Origin: a virus
Lineage: Duplodnaviria > Caudoviricetes
Reading direction: 5' to 3' (one strand)
IMG/VR virus record: IMGVR_UViG_3300046163_000011
Location: 1-57,797 of that record
DNA: 57,797 nucleotides
Part shown: piece by piece, positions 9,910 through 19,101 of the stretch
How positions within the stretch are numbered: the first letter of the stretch is position 1
Layout of the letters: every line of letters begins with the position of its first letter
Position numbers and translations under genes: made by a program
Notes under the pieces: model-generated
Seen by the model: only the letters and a program-made list of their open reading frames with translations
What the model was told of the DNA's origin: nothing
Databases searched by the model: none

Positions 9910-10109
9910 TGGCTGAAAAAGTAGAAATTACTGTTGCCAGAATCGAAGAGCGATTAACACAGCTTCAAGATGAAGTTCGGCACGTTCATAAAGAGGTTTC
10001 TGATCTGAAGGCGCAAGCTAACAGATGGAAGGGAGCTTTCTGGGTTATGCTTGCTGTTGGCGGAATAGTTGGAAGTATAGCTCATTTATTTATTGGATGG
10101 GTAAGATGA
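9909..10109 (+). CDS. Small coiled-coil plus C-terminal TM protein
   Basis: ATG overlaps the previous TGA; hydrophobic C-terminus. Confidence 0.6.
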   Translation: MAEKVEITVARIEERLTQLQDEVRHVHKEVSDLKAQANRWKGAFWVMLAVGGIVGSIAHLFIGWVR

Positions 10110-10474
10110 CCATTAACAGAACCAGCATAGGTTCTCAGTTGAAAGGCAATAAGATGAAAAAGAAGCCAGTCAAAAAGGCAAGCATGGGGAAGTTTTTAGA
10201 AACATTCTCTCCAGCTTATAGCATCATGAAGGGCAAAGGCCCTATCTCGGAGGGCATGAGCAAATTAGGTGGCGCAGGCCTTGGCGGTATAGCAGGAGCA
10301 TTGGCAAGCTCTCAAAGAAACAAGAGAGCCGCACCTAATCCTATGGCGGCTACACCAGCCGCGCCTATGGCCTCTAACGCCGCCACGCCAATGACGCCCA
10401 TGAAGGCTGGCGGAAAATTAGGCCGTGGCGATGGTTGCGCTGTTAAAGGCAAAACAAAAGGAACAATTAGATAA
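10106..10474 (+). CDS. Basic low-complexity protein (start MTINRTSIG)
   Basis: ATGA coupling; ends MKAGGKLGRGDGCAVKGKTKG. Confidence 0.6.
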   Translation: MTINRTSIGSQLKGNKMKKKPVKKASMGKFLETFSPAYSIMKGKGPISEGMSKLGGAGLGGIAGALASSQRNKRAAPNPMAATPAAPMASNAATPMTPMKAGGKLGRGDGCAVKGKTKGTIR

Positions 10475-10626
10475 TGGACAAGAAGTCTGTAACTGCTCCA
10501 AAGGGGTTTCATTGGATGAAGTCAAAGTCAGGCTTCAAGTTAATGAAGAATCCTTCTGGTGGCTTTAAGCCACATAAAGGAGCGAGTTTAAAGGCGACCT
10601 TTCCAATTCAAAAGGTTCACAAATGA
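10474..10626 (+). CDS. 50-aa basic protein (MDKKSVTAPKGFHWMK...); absent from the ORF track
   Basis: Exactly fills the gap, with overlapping start/stop codons on both sides. Confidence 0.6.
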   Translation: MDKKSVTAPKGFHWMKSKSGFKLMKNPSGGFKPHKGASLKATFPIQKVHK

Positions 10627-10877
10627 GAAACTATAGACGCGAATATCAGACCTATCAGGGGTCTGCCGCGCAGAAAAAACGCAGAGCCAGTCGTAATGCC
10701 GCAAGAGCAAAGATGATTAAGCTAGGCAAGGTTAAGAAGGGCGATGGCAAAGATGTCGCTCATAAGAACGGTAATCCTAGGGACAACAGAGCTAAGAACC
10801 TAAAGGTAAGCTCGACAAAAAGTAACAGGTCATTTCCTAGAACTAGGACTGCTGGTAAGCGTAACAAGAGAGATTAA
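10623..10877 (+). CDS. Small basic HNH-like protein
   Basis: DGKDVAHKNGNPRDN...NL...SNRS resembles a minimal HNH motif. Confidence 0.55.
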   Translation: MRNYRREYQTYQGSAAQKKRRASRNAARAKMIKLGKVKKGDGKDVAHKNGNPRDNRAKNLKVSSTKSNRSFPRTRTAGKRNKRD

Positions 10878-10889
10878 TGAAGGTTACAA

Positions 10890-11108
10890 ATGTATGTATC
10901 AAGCGGAAACGGATTCGCCGTCCCGGTAAGCACAAGAAAAATACTAACAAGCGAAACAAACCAAAAGACTTCTTCGGTTAGAGTTCATTGTAGACGGTGC
11001 AATCGGTGTGGTGAGGAGTTAAAGACAGTGTTTGTGCATGGTCATGAGCAGTGTTTAGCTTGTAATTCTGTGGTTCAAGATTGTTGTCAAGGAGATATCT
11101 GTGCGTAG
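10890..11108 (+). CDS. Small Cys-rich (zinc-finger-like) protein
   Basis: CNRC...HGHEQCLAC...CCQG. Confidence 0.5.
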   Translation: MYVSSGNGFAVPVSTRKILTSETNQKTSSVRVHCRRCNRCGEELKTVFVHGHEQCLACNSVVQDCCQGDICA

Positions 11109-11592
11109 ATATAGATCTGGTGGGAATACTGGTTACAAGACTTCTGATGAAGTTCTTGGCGCAGGAAAGTCTGTAAGGGCATCTGGTCAGTCAGTTAGGG
11201 GTAATACAATCCCTACTGGTACAGGCGCTAAAGCGCAGATGGCGAAACAAAAGAAGATTGTAGCGGCACAGTCCAAAAAGGGTGCCAATATAAAAATGGC
11301 TAAGTTTCCTAGAGCAACATCAGAAAAAAGCCCGGATCAGAAGCAAATGGATATGGCTATGAGGGCCATGAAGCTCGGAAGAAGCAAGCCAGTGTCAACT
11401 GCAAAGAGCGGAGGTAAAACGAAGTCTAGTGTCAATAAGTCAGGCAATTATACTAAGCCGTCTCTTAGAAAGCGGATCTTTAACAGAATCAAGGCGGGCG
11501 GCAAGGGCGGGAACCCCGGTCAATGGAGCGCAAGAAAAGCGCAAATGCTGGCGAAGGCTTATAAGAAAGCTGGCGGCGGTTACAAGAATTAA
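11101..11592 (+). CDS. Basic protein with DUF5872-like N-half motif
   Basis: NYTKPSLRKRIF..IKAGGKGGNPGQWSARKAQMLAKAYKKAGGGY. Confidence 0.6.
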   Translation: MRRYRSGGNTGYKTSDEVLGAGKSVRASGQSVRGNTIPTGTGAKAQMAKQKKIVAAQSKKGANIKMAKFPRATSEKSPDQKQMDMAMRAMKLGRSKPVSTAKSGGKTKSSVNKSGNYTKPSLRKRIFNRIKAGGKGGNPGQWSARKAQMLAKAYKKAGGGYKN

Positions 11593-11627
11593 ATTTATCT
11601 TTCGGGAGAGGAAAGTGATGAACAAGA

Positions 11628-12077
11628 ATGGATCCATTATCAGCTTTAGCCGTTGCTCAGACTGCGTATGCGGCTATTCGCAAGGGATTCCAAGTAGGTA
11701 AAGAAGTAGAGTCCATGTCAGCGGATCTAGGACGCTGGATGGGAGCTATTAACACGGTTAAGAACAGCCACGAAAAGGCAAAGAAAAGAAAATTTGGGAG
11801 CATTGAAGAGGAAGCTCTTGAAACATTCGCCGCCAAGAAAAAAGCAGAGGCGATGGAACACGAATTAAGAACATTTGTTAACATGCATTATGGCCCCTCT
11901 TCGTGGCAACAAGTTATAAAAGTTCAGGCTGATCTTAGAAAGCAAAGAATGGCTGAGGCGGCTAGAATAAGACAACAAAGGGAAGAGATAGCTGTCTGGA
12001 TTGTGGTTATCTTGGGGATAGCAGTTCTAAGTGTTATAGTAATATTTGTATTATGGAAACTTATCAATGGCTCTTAA
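11628..12077 (+). CDS. Coiled-coil protein with C-terminal TM helix
   Basis: MDPLSALA start; hydrophobic C-terminal segment. Confidence 0.65.
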   Translation: MDPLSALAVAQTAYAAIRKGFQVGKEVESMSADLGRWMGAINTVKNSHEKAKKRKFGSIEEEALETFAAKKKAEAMEHELRTFVNMHYGPSSWQQVIKVQADLRKQRMAEAARIRQQREEIAVWIVVILGIAVLSVIVIFVLWKLINGS

Positions 12078-12327
12078 AAAACCACAAAGAAGTTTAAAGG
12101 CTTGGGGCAAGCAAAAGTGGAGGACTAAAAGTGGTAAAAACTCCACCCAAGGATCAAAAGCAACCGGAGAACGTTATCTTCCGGCATCAGCTATTAAAGC
12201 CCTCTCGGCTAAGGAATACGCGGCCACCACCCGTGCTAAAAGAAAAGCAACTAAGGCTGGTAAGCAAGTCTCCAAACAGCCTAAAAAGATACGAGCTAAA
12301 GTGAAGCCGCATAGGAAGGTCAAGTAA
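12067..12327 (+). CDS. Basic protein with DUF5872-like C-half motif
   Basis: QRSLKAWGKQKWRTKSGK...TGERYLPASAIKALS. Confidence 0.6.
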   Translation: MALKKPQRSLKAWGKQKWRTKSGKNSTQGSKATGERYLPASAIKALSAKEYAATTRAKRKATKAGKQVSKQPKKIRAKVKPHRKVK

Positions 12328-13004
12328 TGGCTGTAGTAACACCAGACTTACCAGAAATTTTTGAAGAAGCGTTTGAACGTGCAGGGCTTCAAATGACAAC
12401 TGGCTACGACCTAAAGACAGCTAGGCGTAGCCTTAACTTATTGACATTGGAGTGGCAAAATCGTGGGCTTAATCTCTGGACTATTGACGATGGTACGATA
12501 TCCCTTACAGCAGGCACAGCAACTTATTCCATGCCTGCTGACACTATCGACCTCATTGAACATCAAATTAGAACGGGTACAGGTACAAATCAGGTGGATA
12601 CAAATGTGGAGCGCATTAGCGTTTCAACGTATGCAAAACAATCTGTCAAGAATACTGAGGGAAGACCTACCCAGATTTACATTGATCGCCAAGCAACGTC
12701 TGTCAGCTTTACTTTATGGCCTGTACCAGACTCTGGCACATACACTCTCTCGTATCATAGACTTCGTGGCATCTCTGGCATCTCGTCTGGTATAGGTTCT
12801 GTAGCAGATGTGCCGCCAAGGTTTGTTCCTTGCTTGGTATCAGGTTTGGCTTACTACATTGCGATGAAGAAGCCTGAAGTGGCGGCGCGTGTGACACCGC
12901 TTAAACAAGAGTATGAGTTCCAGTTCGAGCTTGCCGCTGGAGAGGATACAGACTCATCATCAATGAAGTTCGTGCCATACGACACGTTTTATCTAGGAGG
13001 TTAA
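12327..13004 (+). CDS. Putative head-tail adaptor
   Basis: 225 aa after the head genes; helical N- and C-termini around a beta core. Confidence 0.55.
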   Translation: MAVVTPDLPEIFEEAFERAGLQMTTGYDLKTARRSLNLLTLEWQNRGLNLWTIDDGTISLTAGTATYSMPADTIDLIEHQIRTGTGTNQVDTNVERISVSTYAKQSVKNTEGRPTQIYIDRQATSVSFTLWPVPDSGTYTLSYHRLRGISGISSGIGSVADVPPRFVPCLVSGLAYYIAMKKPEVAARVTPLKQEYEFQFELAAGEDTDSSSMKFVPYDTFYLGG

Positions 13005-13005
13005 C

Positions 13006-13617
13006 ATGAAAAAGAAATCTATGGGTTATAAAGATGGCGGGAAAATTCCCACACCTAAGCCAAGACCAACTAAGCGTCAAAGAGCCAAGAGCAAAAGAAC
13101 AAGCACCCTTACTGGGCAAATAGATGAGATAATGAACCCCGGCGGTCGTGACTCAAGAGCAAACAAGAATAATCCTAGAAATGTTCCTGCTCTTAGTGAG
13201 GTGCTTCAGGGAACATATAGACATGCAAAAGAAAAGGTGAAGGATATGGCGTCTCCGATGAAGTCTGGTGGGAAGATGAAAAAGAAAGTTACGGGATACG
13301 ACAAAGGCGGCGCTGTTACAAGAGAGCAGAAGCTCGCGGCTTTGCGTAAAATTATGTCGTCAAAAGGCGGCTCAAGTTCCAGCGCCAAAAGTATGGAAAA
13401 GATGCTAAAGGATATTGGTTTTCCTATGAGCAAGAAGTCTGGTGGGTCGATGAAGCCTGTGCCAGCAGGGAAAAAAGGATTGGCTAAACTTCCCAAGCCA
13501 GTTCGCAATAAAATGGGCTACGCCAAGAAGGGTGGGCCAGTAAAAGCGGCAAAGAGTGGCGGATCATGTCGTGGTGGCGGTGCCGCTACGCGGGGCAAGG
13601 GTTATAGCAAGGCGTAA
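13006..13617 (+). CDS. Highly basic protein with repeated x-GG motifs
   Basis: SD GGAGG; YKDGG, MKSGG, YDKGG, KKSGG, AKKGG, AKSGG. Confidence 0.7.
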   Translation: MKKKSMGYKDGGKIPTPKPRPTKRQRAKSKRTSTLTGQIDEIMNPGGRDSRANKNNPRNVPALSEVLQGTYRHAKEKVKDMASPMKSGGKMKKKVTGYDKGGAVTREQKLAALRKIMSSKGGSSSSAKSMEKMLKDIGFPMSKKSGGSMKPVPAGKKGLAKLPKPVRNKMGYAKKGGPVKAAKSGGSCRGGGAATRGKGYSKA

Positions 13618-13620
13618 TAG

Positions 13621-14439
13621 ATGTCGTATGCGAAGGGTAAAAGAGCATTCGGTTTTTGCGACAGGACTGGCGGCAGATACAAGCTGACAGACCTAGTTGA
13701 TGAATACCAGAATGGAATCAAGACTGGCCTGAAGGTTGGAAGGGATGTGGTTGATCAAGACCATCCTCAAAACTTTCTGGGCCGCTTGCGTATAAATGAC
13801 CCTCAAGCATTGTTAAACCCTCGTCCTGAGAGAAAAATAGAGTCTGTAACTGTTAAATTGCCAGCTTTTGACTCTGCTACTTTGAAGACCGTTCCAGTTC
13901 CTTTTCTAAGAGCAAAGGCTGGTGAGCTAAAAACAACAGGAACAACAATTCCTACCAATGTAAGGGTTATTCTTACAGGGGTTGCTGGTCAAGGCAGAGT
14001 TGGCACAATTCCATTTCCTCAAAATATTATAGTTCCGCTTACTGGGGTTTCTGCTCAAGGAGCAGTCACAGTTCCGATTGCTTCTGTTTCAGGAGGTTTA
14101 GCGGCGACTTATACCATTACTGTTGCTAATCCCGGAAGCGGTAACAAGTATTACCAAAGCGGCACACTGCCGGGAGCTTCTGGCGTAAACGTAAATGAAG
14201 GCTCTACATATCGTTACGATCAATCAGACGCCAGTAATTCAGGCCACCCTCTTCGCTTTTCAACCACGCCCGATGGCACTCATGGCGGCGGATCGCAATA
14301 CACTACGGGGGTGACAACAGTAGGCACACCGGGAACGTCTGGGGCTTATACTCAGATCACGGTGGCGGTAGGCGCACCAACACTGTATACTTACTGCACA
14401 GTTCATAGCGGTATGGGTTACAAGGTGAACACACTTTAG
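13621..14439 (+). CDS. Virion protein with C-terminal cupredoxin-like domain
   Basis: N-terminal CDRTG..DHPQ..NPRP module; C-terminal SGHPL...YTYCTVHSGMG. Confidence 0.6.
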   Translation: MSYAKGKRAFGFCDRTGGRYKLTDLVDEYQNGIKTGLKVGRDVVDQDHPQNFLGRLRINDPQALLNPRPERKIESVTVKLPAFDSATLKTVPVPFLRAKAGELKTTGTTIPTNVRVILTGVAGQGRVGTIPFPQNIIVPLTGVSAQGAVTVPIASVSGGLAATYTITVANPGSGNKYYQSGTLPGASGVNVNEGSTYRYDQSDASNSGHPLRFSTTPDGTHGGGSQYTTGVTTVGTPGTSGAYTQITVAVGAPTLYTYCTVHSGMGYKVNTL

Positions 14440-14448
14440 GAGTAAGAA

Positions 14449-14868
14449 ATGGCAATTACCACAACTATGTGTACAAGTTTCAAGCAAGAGATTCTTGAAG
14501 CTGAACACGATTTTACAACAGATACATTTAAGATGGCTCTGTATGCCGATACCGCTACACTTGGCTCGGCAACAACAGCGTATTCTACAAGCGATGAAGT
14601 CTCTGGCACTGCTTACACTGCCGGAGGGGCAACGTTAACAACAGTAGCGCCAACCACCAGCAATGGCGTTGCATTTGTTGATTTTAACGATGTAACCTTC
14701 TCAAACTCTACTATTACAGCAAGAGGCGCTTTAATTTATAACAGCAGTAAATCAAACAAGGCTGTTGCGTGTTATGACTTCGGGGCCAACCAAAGCTCTA
14801 GCAATTCAACATTTACAGTAGAGTTTCCAACAGCGGCATCCGGCACAGCTATCGTAAGGATTGAGTAA
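14449..14868 (+). CDS. Putative tail/neck structural protein
   Basis: 139 aa, Thr/Ala-rich; SD AGGAG. Confidence 0.6.
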   Translation: MAITTTMCTSFKQEILEAEHDFTTDTFKMALYADTATLGSATTAYSTSDEVSGTAYTAGGATLTTVAPTTSNGVAFVDFNDVTFSNSTITARGALIYNSSKSNKAVACYDFGANQSSSNSTFTVEFPTAASGTAIVRIE

Positions 14869-15545
14869 TGTCTTTTACATTCGGAGAGCTAAAACAGGCC
14901 ATACAAGACTTTACAGAGAATGACGAGACAGGATTCGTAACGAATCTGCCTGTGTTTATTCGCTCTGCCGAAGATCGTATTCTTGTCAATGTTGACTTAG
15001 AGAACTTTCGTAAAAACGCTACATCGACACTAACTAGCGGAAATGAGTATCTATCCACTCCAAGTGATTTCTTGGCTCCTTTTTCTTTGTTCGTGACAAC
15101 CTCTGGCAGTGAAGGCTACCTGTTGGAGAAAGATGTTAATTTTATTAGAGAAGCCTACCCCGCCCAATCAACTCAGGCAAGACCGGAGTATTATGGTTTC
15201 TTTGATGCGACTGCCACAGTAGGCGCTGGTAATGTCCAAGCTAACTTTATTCTTGGGCCTACACCAAATCAAAATTACACAGTTGAGCTTCACTATTACT
15301 ACAGGCCAGCAAGTCTGACAGCTGGAGCGAACAACGAATATACATGGCTAAGTAGCAATGCTCCTAACGCCCTTCTGTATGGCTCTTTGATAGAGGCGTA
15401 CATCTACATGAAGGGTGAACAAGATGTTATTTCTATGTATGAAGGGCGCTTCCAAGAGGCAATCTCAAGACTGAAAGATCTCGCAGAAGCAAGAGAAAAC
15501 AATGACGCATACAGGCAAGGCCTGCCCACTAGTCCACGCACATAA
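14868..15545 (+). CDS. Putative adaptor/tail tubular protein
   Basis: 225 aa; TWLS.NAPNALLYGSL motif typical of podoviral adaptor-like proteins. Confidence 0.55.
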   Translation: MSFTFGELKQAIQDFTENDETGFVTNLPVFIRSAEDRILVNVDLENFRKNATSTLTSGNEYLSTPSDFLAPFSLFVTTSGSEGYLLEKDVNFIREAYPAQSTQARPEYYGFFDATATVGAGNVQANFILGPTPNQNYTVELHYYYRPASLTAGANNEYTWLSSNAPNALLYGSLIEAYIYMKGEQDVISMYEGRFQEAISRLKDLAEARENNDAYRQGLPTSPRT

Positions 15546-15555
15546 GGAGTGAATA

Positions 15556-16605
15556 ATGGCTACAACGAATGCGGCAACCTCGTATCTGGAAAGAAGGATT
15601 CTTGACTATTTGTTCAAGAATGACTCTCTTTCCTTTGCCACGCCGGGCAATAGTATATACGTTGGTTTGGCTACCGCAGTACCGAATGCTGAAAACGGCA
15701 ACATAACAGAAGTTAATATTGTAACTGAAGATGCTGATTATGTTAGACAGCAAGTTACTGCCGCAAACTGGAAACAGTCTGTGACTACAGCGGCGGTGGC
15801 TATTGGTGCCTCTGATACATCAATAATCTTAGCTGATGCGGAAGCATTTCCAACATCAGGTACGGTTGTTGTGAATCAAGAGGTCATTACCTACACTGGT
15901 AAAGATGGAACGGCTAAGGCTGATGCTAATGGCGCTGTATCTTCATCTACATCTTTAGCTGTAGATGGAAACTCAGGAACTATAACAGTAGGTATGGTTG
16001 TCACAGGAACAGGAATATCTGGCACTGTTCGTGTTGCCACAGTTACAAGTCAAAACGCTTTGGTTCTTAGTTCAGCAATTACAATTTCTGACAACACCGC
16101 TTTGACCTTTACAGGGACAAGCATTTTGACAGGCTGTACTCGCGGCGCATCCTCAACCACCGCCGCCGCTCATTCTGTTGGTGACAATGTAATATCTGAT
16201 GCTCAGAGAGTTATTAACGATAACAACATTGAGTTTCCTCCATCAAGTGGCGTTGCCAACTACACAGTTACTCACGCCTTTGTTGCTGACAAAGACTTTG
16301 CTTCGGCGGATGTTAACGGCCCGGTGTCCGGATCAGCAAACGTTGCTCTTGACGGGAACGTAGGAACAATAGCTGTTGGGGATGTAGTAACAGGTGCTGG
16401 TATTACTGGTCATGTAACAGTTAATACAGTTACATCTCAGAATGCTATTGTGTTAAGTTCATCAGTTACATTGGCAGACAACGTAAAACTAAAGTTTGAT
16501 GGTTCTAATATGTTGTTTGTCGGACAGCTAGACGCTTCTAAGTTAATTGCTTCCGGTGATATCTTCCGTATCAATGCAAGTAACCTTAGCATCGAGTTGA
16601 AGTAA
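15556..16605 (+). CDS. Tail/fibre-associated protein with two internal ~64-aa repeats
   Basis: ADxNG..S...DGN.GTI.VG.VVTG.GI repeats at about 15919-16110 and 16306-16497. Confidence 0.6.
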   Translation: MATTNAATSYLERRILDYLFKNDSLSFATPGNSIYVGLATAVPNAENGNITEVNIVTEDADYVRQQVTAANWKQSVTTAAVAIGASDTSIILADAEAFPTSGTVVVNQEVITYTGKDGTAKADANGAVSSSTSLAVDGNSGTITVGMVVTGTGISGTVRVATVTSQNALVLSSAITISDNTALTFTGTSILTGCTRGASSTTAAAHSVGDNVISDAQRVINDNNIEFPPSSGVANYTVTHAFVADKDFASADVNGPVSGSANVALDGNVGTIAVGDVVTGAGITGHVTVNTVTSQNAIVLSSSVTLADNVKLKFDGSNMLFVGQLDASKLIASGDIFRINASNLSIELK

Positions 16606-16624
16606 AAAGGTACTATACTACAAA

Positions 16625-17212
16625 ATGGCGCTAACGATCAAAGACCGTGTAAAAGAAACTACAGCAACCACAGGAACTGGCACATATACTCTTGCTGGTG
16701 CTGTGGGTAGTTTTGATAGCTTTGCTGAAATAGGTGATGGAAACACCACTTATTATGCTTGCTCAGATGGTACGGCCTTTGAGGTTGGTATTGGCACATA
16801 TACCTTGTCTGGAACAACACTGGCTAGGACTACAATCTTAGAAAGCAGTAGCACAAAGATTACAGCAGACGTTAACGGCGCTGTGAGCGCCTCTACAGCC
16901 GTTACAGTGGATAACGTGCAAGGAGGTACTCTAACAGTGGGACAGCGCGTCAGAGGCTCTGGAATCTCCGGCGTTGTGACTATTGCTACAGTTAACAGCC
17001 AGACAAGTATTGTGTTGAGTACAGCGGTTACGATGTCTGACAACACCGCTCTTACGATTGGTGATGAGAAAATAAACTGGACATCAGGAACCCGTACAAT
17101 ATTTTGCACCATGCCTTCAGAGAAAATGATTTTTAATGATGCTTCTGACGTTCCGGTAAATTTAACTGAGCAAGATCCAAACGCATTGGCGTTTGCAATT
17201 GCATTGGGGTAA
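16625..17212 (+). CDS. Tail fibre-associated protein (third copy of the repeat; C-terminal AFAIALG)
   Basis: DRVKETT..TGTG N-terminus; repeat at about 16864-17058. Confidence 0.6.
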   Translation: MALTIKDRVKETTATTGTGTYTLAGAVGSFDSFAEIGDGNTTYYACSDGTAFEVGIGTYTLSGTTLARTTILESSSTKITADVNGAVSASTAVTVDNVQGGTLTVGQRVRGSGISGVVTIATVNSQTSIVLSTAVTMSDNTALTIGDEKINWTSGTRTIFCTMPSEKMIFNDASDVPVNLTEQDPNALAFAIALG

Positions 17213-17215
17213 GAA

Positions 17216-17545
17216 ATGGCAAACTCGTTTAAGACATTTACAGATACGGGAGTGGGAACGAGTAATGCTGATGTGTATACTTGCCCCGCCTCAACAGAGA
17301 CAACTATCATTGGCCTCAACGTAGCCAACATACTTGCTGTTTCAGTTACCGTTTCTGTTCAATTGATTAATAGTGACGGTGACGATGTCCACATTGTAAA
17401 AGATGCAATTGTGCCTGTTGGATCGTCACTGGTGGCTGTTGGCGGCGATCAGAAGATTGTGATGAACGCCTCAGATATTCTTCGTGTAACTGCAAGTCAA
17501 GCATCTGCCGCTGACGTTACTGTGTCTGTACTGGAGATTACATAA
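17216..17545 (+). CDS. Small beta-sandwich fibre partner protein
   Basis: 109 aa; similar in pattern to 19102..19464. Confidence 0.55.
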   Translation: MANSFKTFTDTGVGTSNADVYTCPASTETTIIGLNVANILAVSVTVSVQLINSDGDDVHIVKDAIVPVGSSLVAVGGDQKIVMNASDILRVTASQASAADVTVSVLEIT

Positions 17546-18762
17546 TGGCTTTAAGTGTTATTGGCAGAAATCAAATAGCACTAAACGTTAACTCGTTAGA
17601 GTGGCAGTCTTTAAAAAGCGCATCTTTTACCGCTTCTGCGGGAGAGGCGTATCCCATTGACACTACATCAGGGGCTGTAACGGTAACGCTTCCTGCGTCA
17701 CCTTCGGAAGGTCATACTGTTCAAGTTCTTGATGTTGCGGCTACTGCCGATACTAATTTTATTACCCTCGCCAGAAACGGGAATAATATTAATGGATCTG
17801 CTAGTAACTATGCGCTTGGAAAAGAGCGCGGTGTTGTGAGTGTTGTTTATTCAGGATCATCGCAGGGATGGTTTGTTTCATCAACAGCAGGGACAGGCTC
17901 TACTTCTATAGGAAAAATTCTTGCAGTTGACGCATTAATTATAGCTGGTGGCGGTTCTGGTGCGTCTGGCTTTGGTAATGGTAACGGATCTGGTGGCGGC
18001 GGCGCAGGGGGTCTTCTTTACGTTGCTTCAAAGCAAGTTATTGAAGGTTACAGCTATACAGTAACTGTTGGTGCTGGCGGCGCACAACAAACAGCGAACA
18101 GAGGAAACAACGGCGGCGGTCAAGTTGGTAATGATGGCAATAATTCTGTTTTTGACGGAAGCACCGCAATAGGCGGCGGTGGTGGTGGCTCCCCAAGCAC
18201 AGGCGGTCACACGGGCCGAGATGGTGGCTCTGGCGGCGGCGGCGGCTCTGGTAACGGAGCGGCTGGCGGGTCAGGGACAAGCGGTCAAGGAAACAACGGC
18301 GGCGCGGCCTCTACTGGCAGTATTTATCGCGGCGGTGGCGGAGGTGGTGCTGGTGCAGTTGGTACTGCGGGTTCGTCAACTCCAAACGGTGGTGCTGGCC
18401 TCAATACATACTCTGCCTTTACTACAGCAACATCAACAGGCTCAGGTGGATATTACGCTGGCGGTGGTGGCGGTGGTGACTACACAGGTAACAACACATC
18501 TGGCTCTGGTGGCGCTGGTGGTGGCGGGTCAGGTGCCGGAGGAACAAATAGTGGTGGTGCCGCAACAGCAAACACAGGCGGCGGCGGCGGCGGGGGAGGA
18601 TCTCCTGTCACAGGAAACACTGGTGGATCTGGCGGCGCTGGAGGTAGCGGCATAGTAATTATTAGATACTTAGGAAGCCAAACCGCTTCAGGCGGCACGG
18701 TAGTTGAGTCTGGCGGTTACGCTTACCACACATTCTTATCTTCAGGGACTTATATAGCATAA
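17545..18762 (+). CDS. Glycine-rich tail fibre protein
   Basis: Long GGGG/GGAG tracts, LIIAGGG...GSGIVIIRY; N-terminal DTTSGAVTVTLP module. Confidence 0.7.
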   Translation: MALSVIGRNQIALNVNSLEWQSLKSASFTASAGEAYPIDTTSGAVTVTLPASPSEGHTVQVLDVAATADTNFITLARNGNNINGSASNYALGKERGVVSVVYSGSSQGWFVSSTAGTGSTSIGKILAVDALIIAGGGSGASGFGNGNGSGGGGAGGLLYVASKQVIEGYSYTVTVGAGGAQQTANRGNNGGGQVGNDGNNSVFDGSTAIGGGGGGSPSTGGHTGRDGGSGGGGGSGNGAAGGSGTSGQGNNGGAASTGSIYRGGGGGGAGAVGTAGSSTPNGGAGLNTYSAFTTATSTGSGGYYAGGGGGGDYTGNNTSGSGGAGGGGSGAGGTNSGGAATANTGGGGGGGGSPVTGNTGGSGGAGGSGIVIIRYLGSQTASGGTVVESGGYAYHTFLSSGTYIA

Positions 18763-19100
18763 TGGCATATGTAGGACAAAAACCAGCGACCACGCTCACA
18801 ATGCCCACCAGCCAGTATTTTAGTGGCAATGGGTCTGCGACTGCGTTTACGCTAAACAAGGGCGTGACTGTAAGCGAAGAGCTAGAGGTATTTGTTGATA
18901 ATGTTCAGCAGGAGCCGGGTTCTGGCAAGTCGTATACTGCGACAGGCACAACCCTAACATTTGATGCCGCGCCCTCATCAGGAACTAACAACGTGTATGT
19001 TGTCTACAGGGGTTTGTCTCAGTTTAACGCACGAATGGAAGATAACACTAAAGCAACACCCGGAAAGGCCATAGCTCTAGCAATGGTATTTGGAGGATAA
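18762..19100 (+). CDS. Tail fibre module (C-terminal AIALAMVFGG)
   Basis: Shares the GNGSATAFTL..NVxQEPGS..TLTF domain with 20514..21242. Confidence 0.6.
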   Translation: MAYVGQKPATTLTMPTSQYFSGNGSATAFTLNKGVTVSEELEVFVDNVQQEPGSGKSYTATGTTLTFDAAPSSGTNNVYVVYRGLSQFNARMEDNTKATPGKAIALAMVFGG

Positions 19101-19101
19101 T

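Noticed and set aside
17940-18660. GGC/GGT-rich tandem-like DNA
   Set aside because: Explained by glycine codons of a Gly-rich fibre protein; the overlapping alternative ORFs are shadows.
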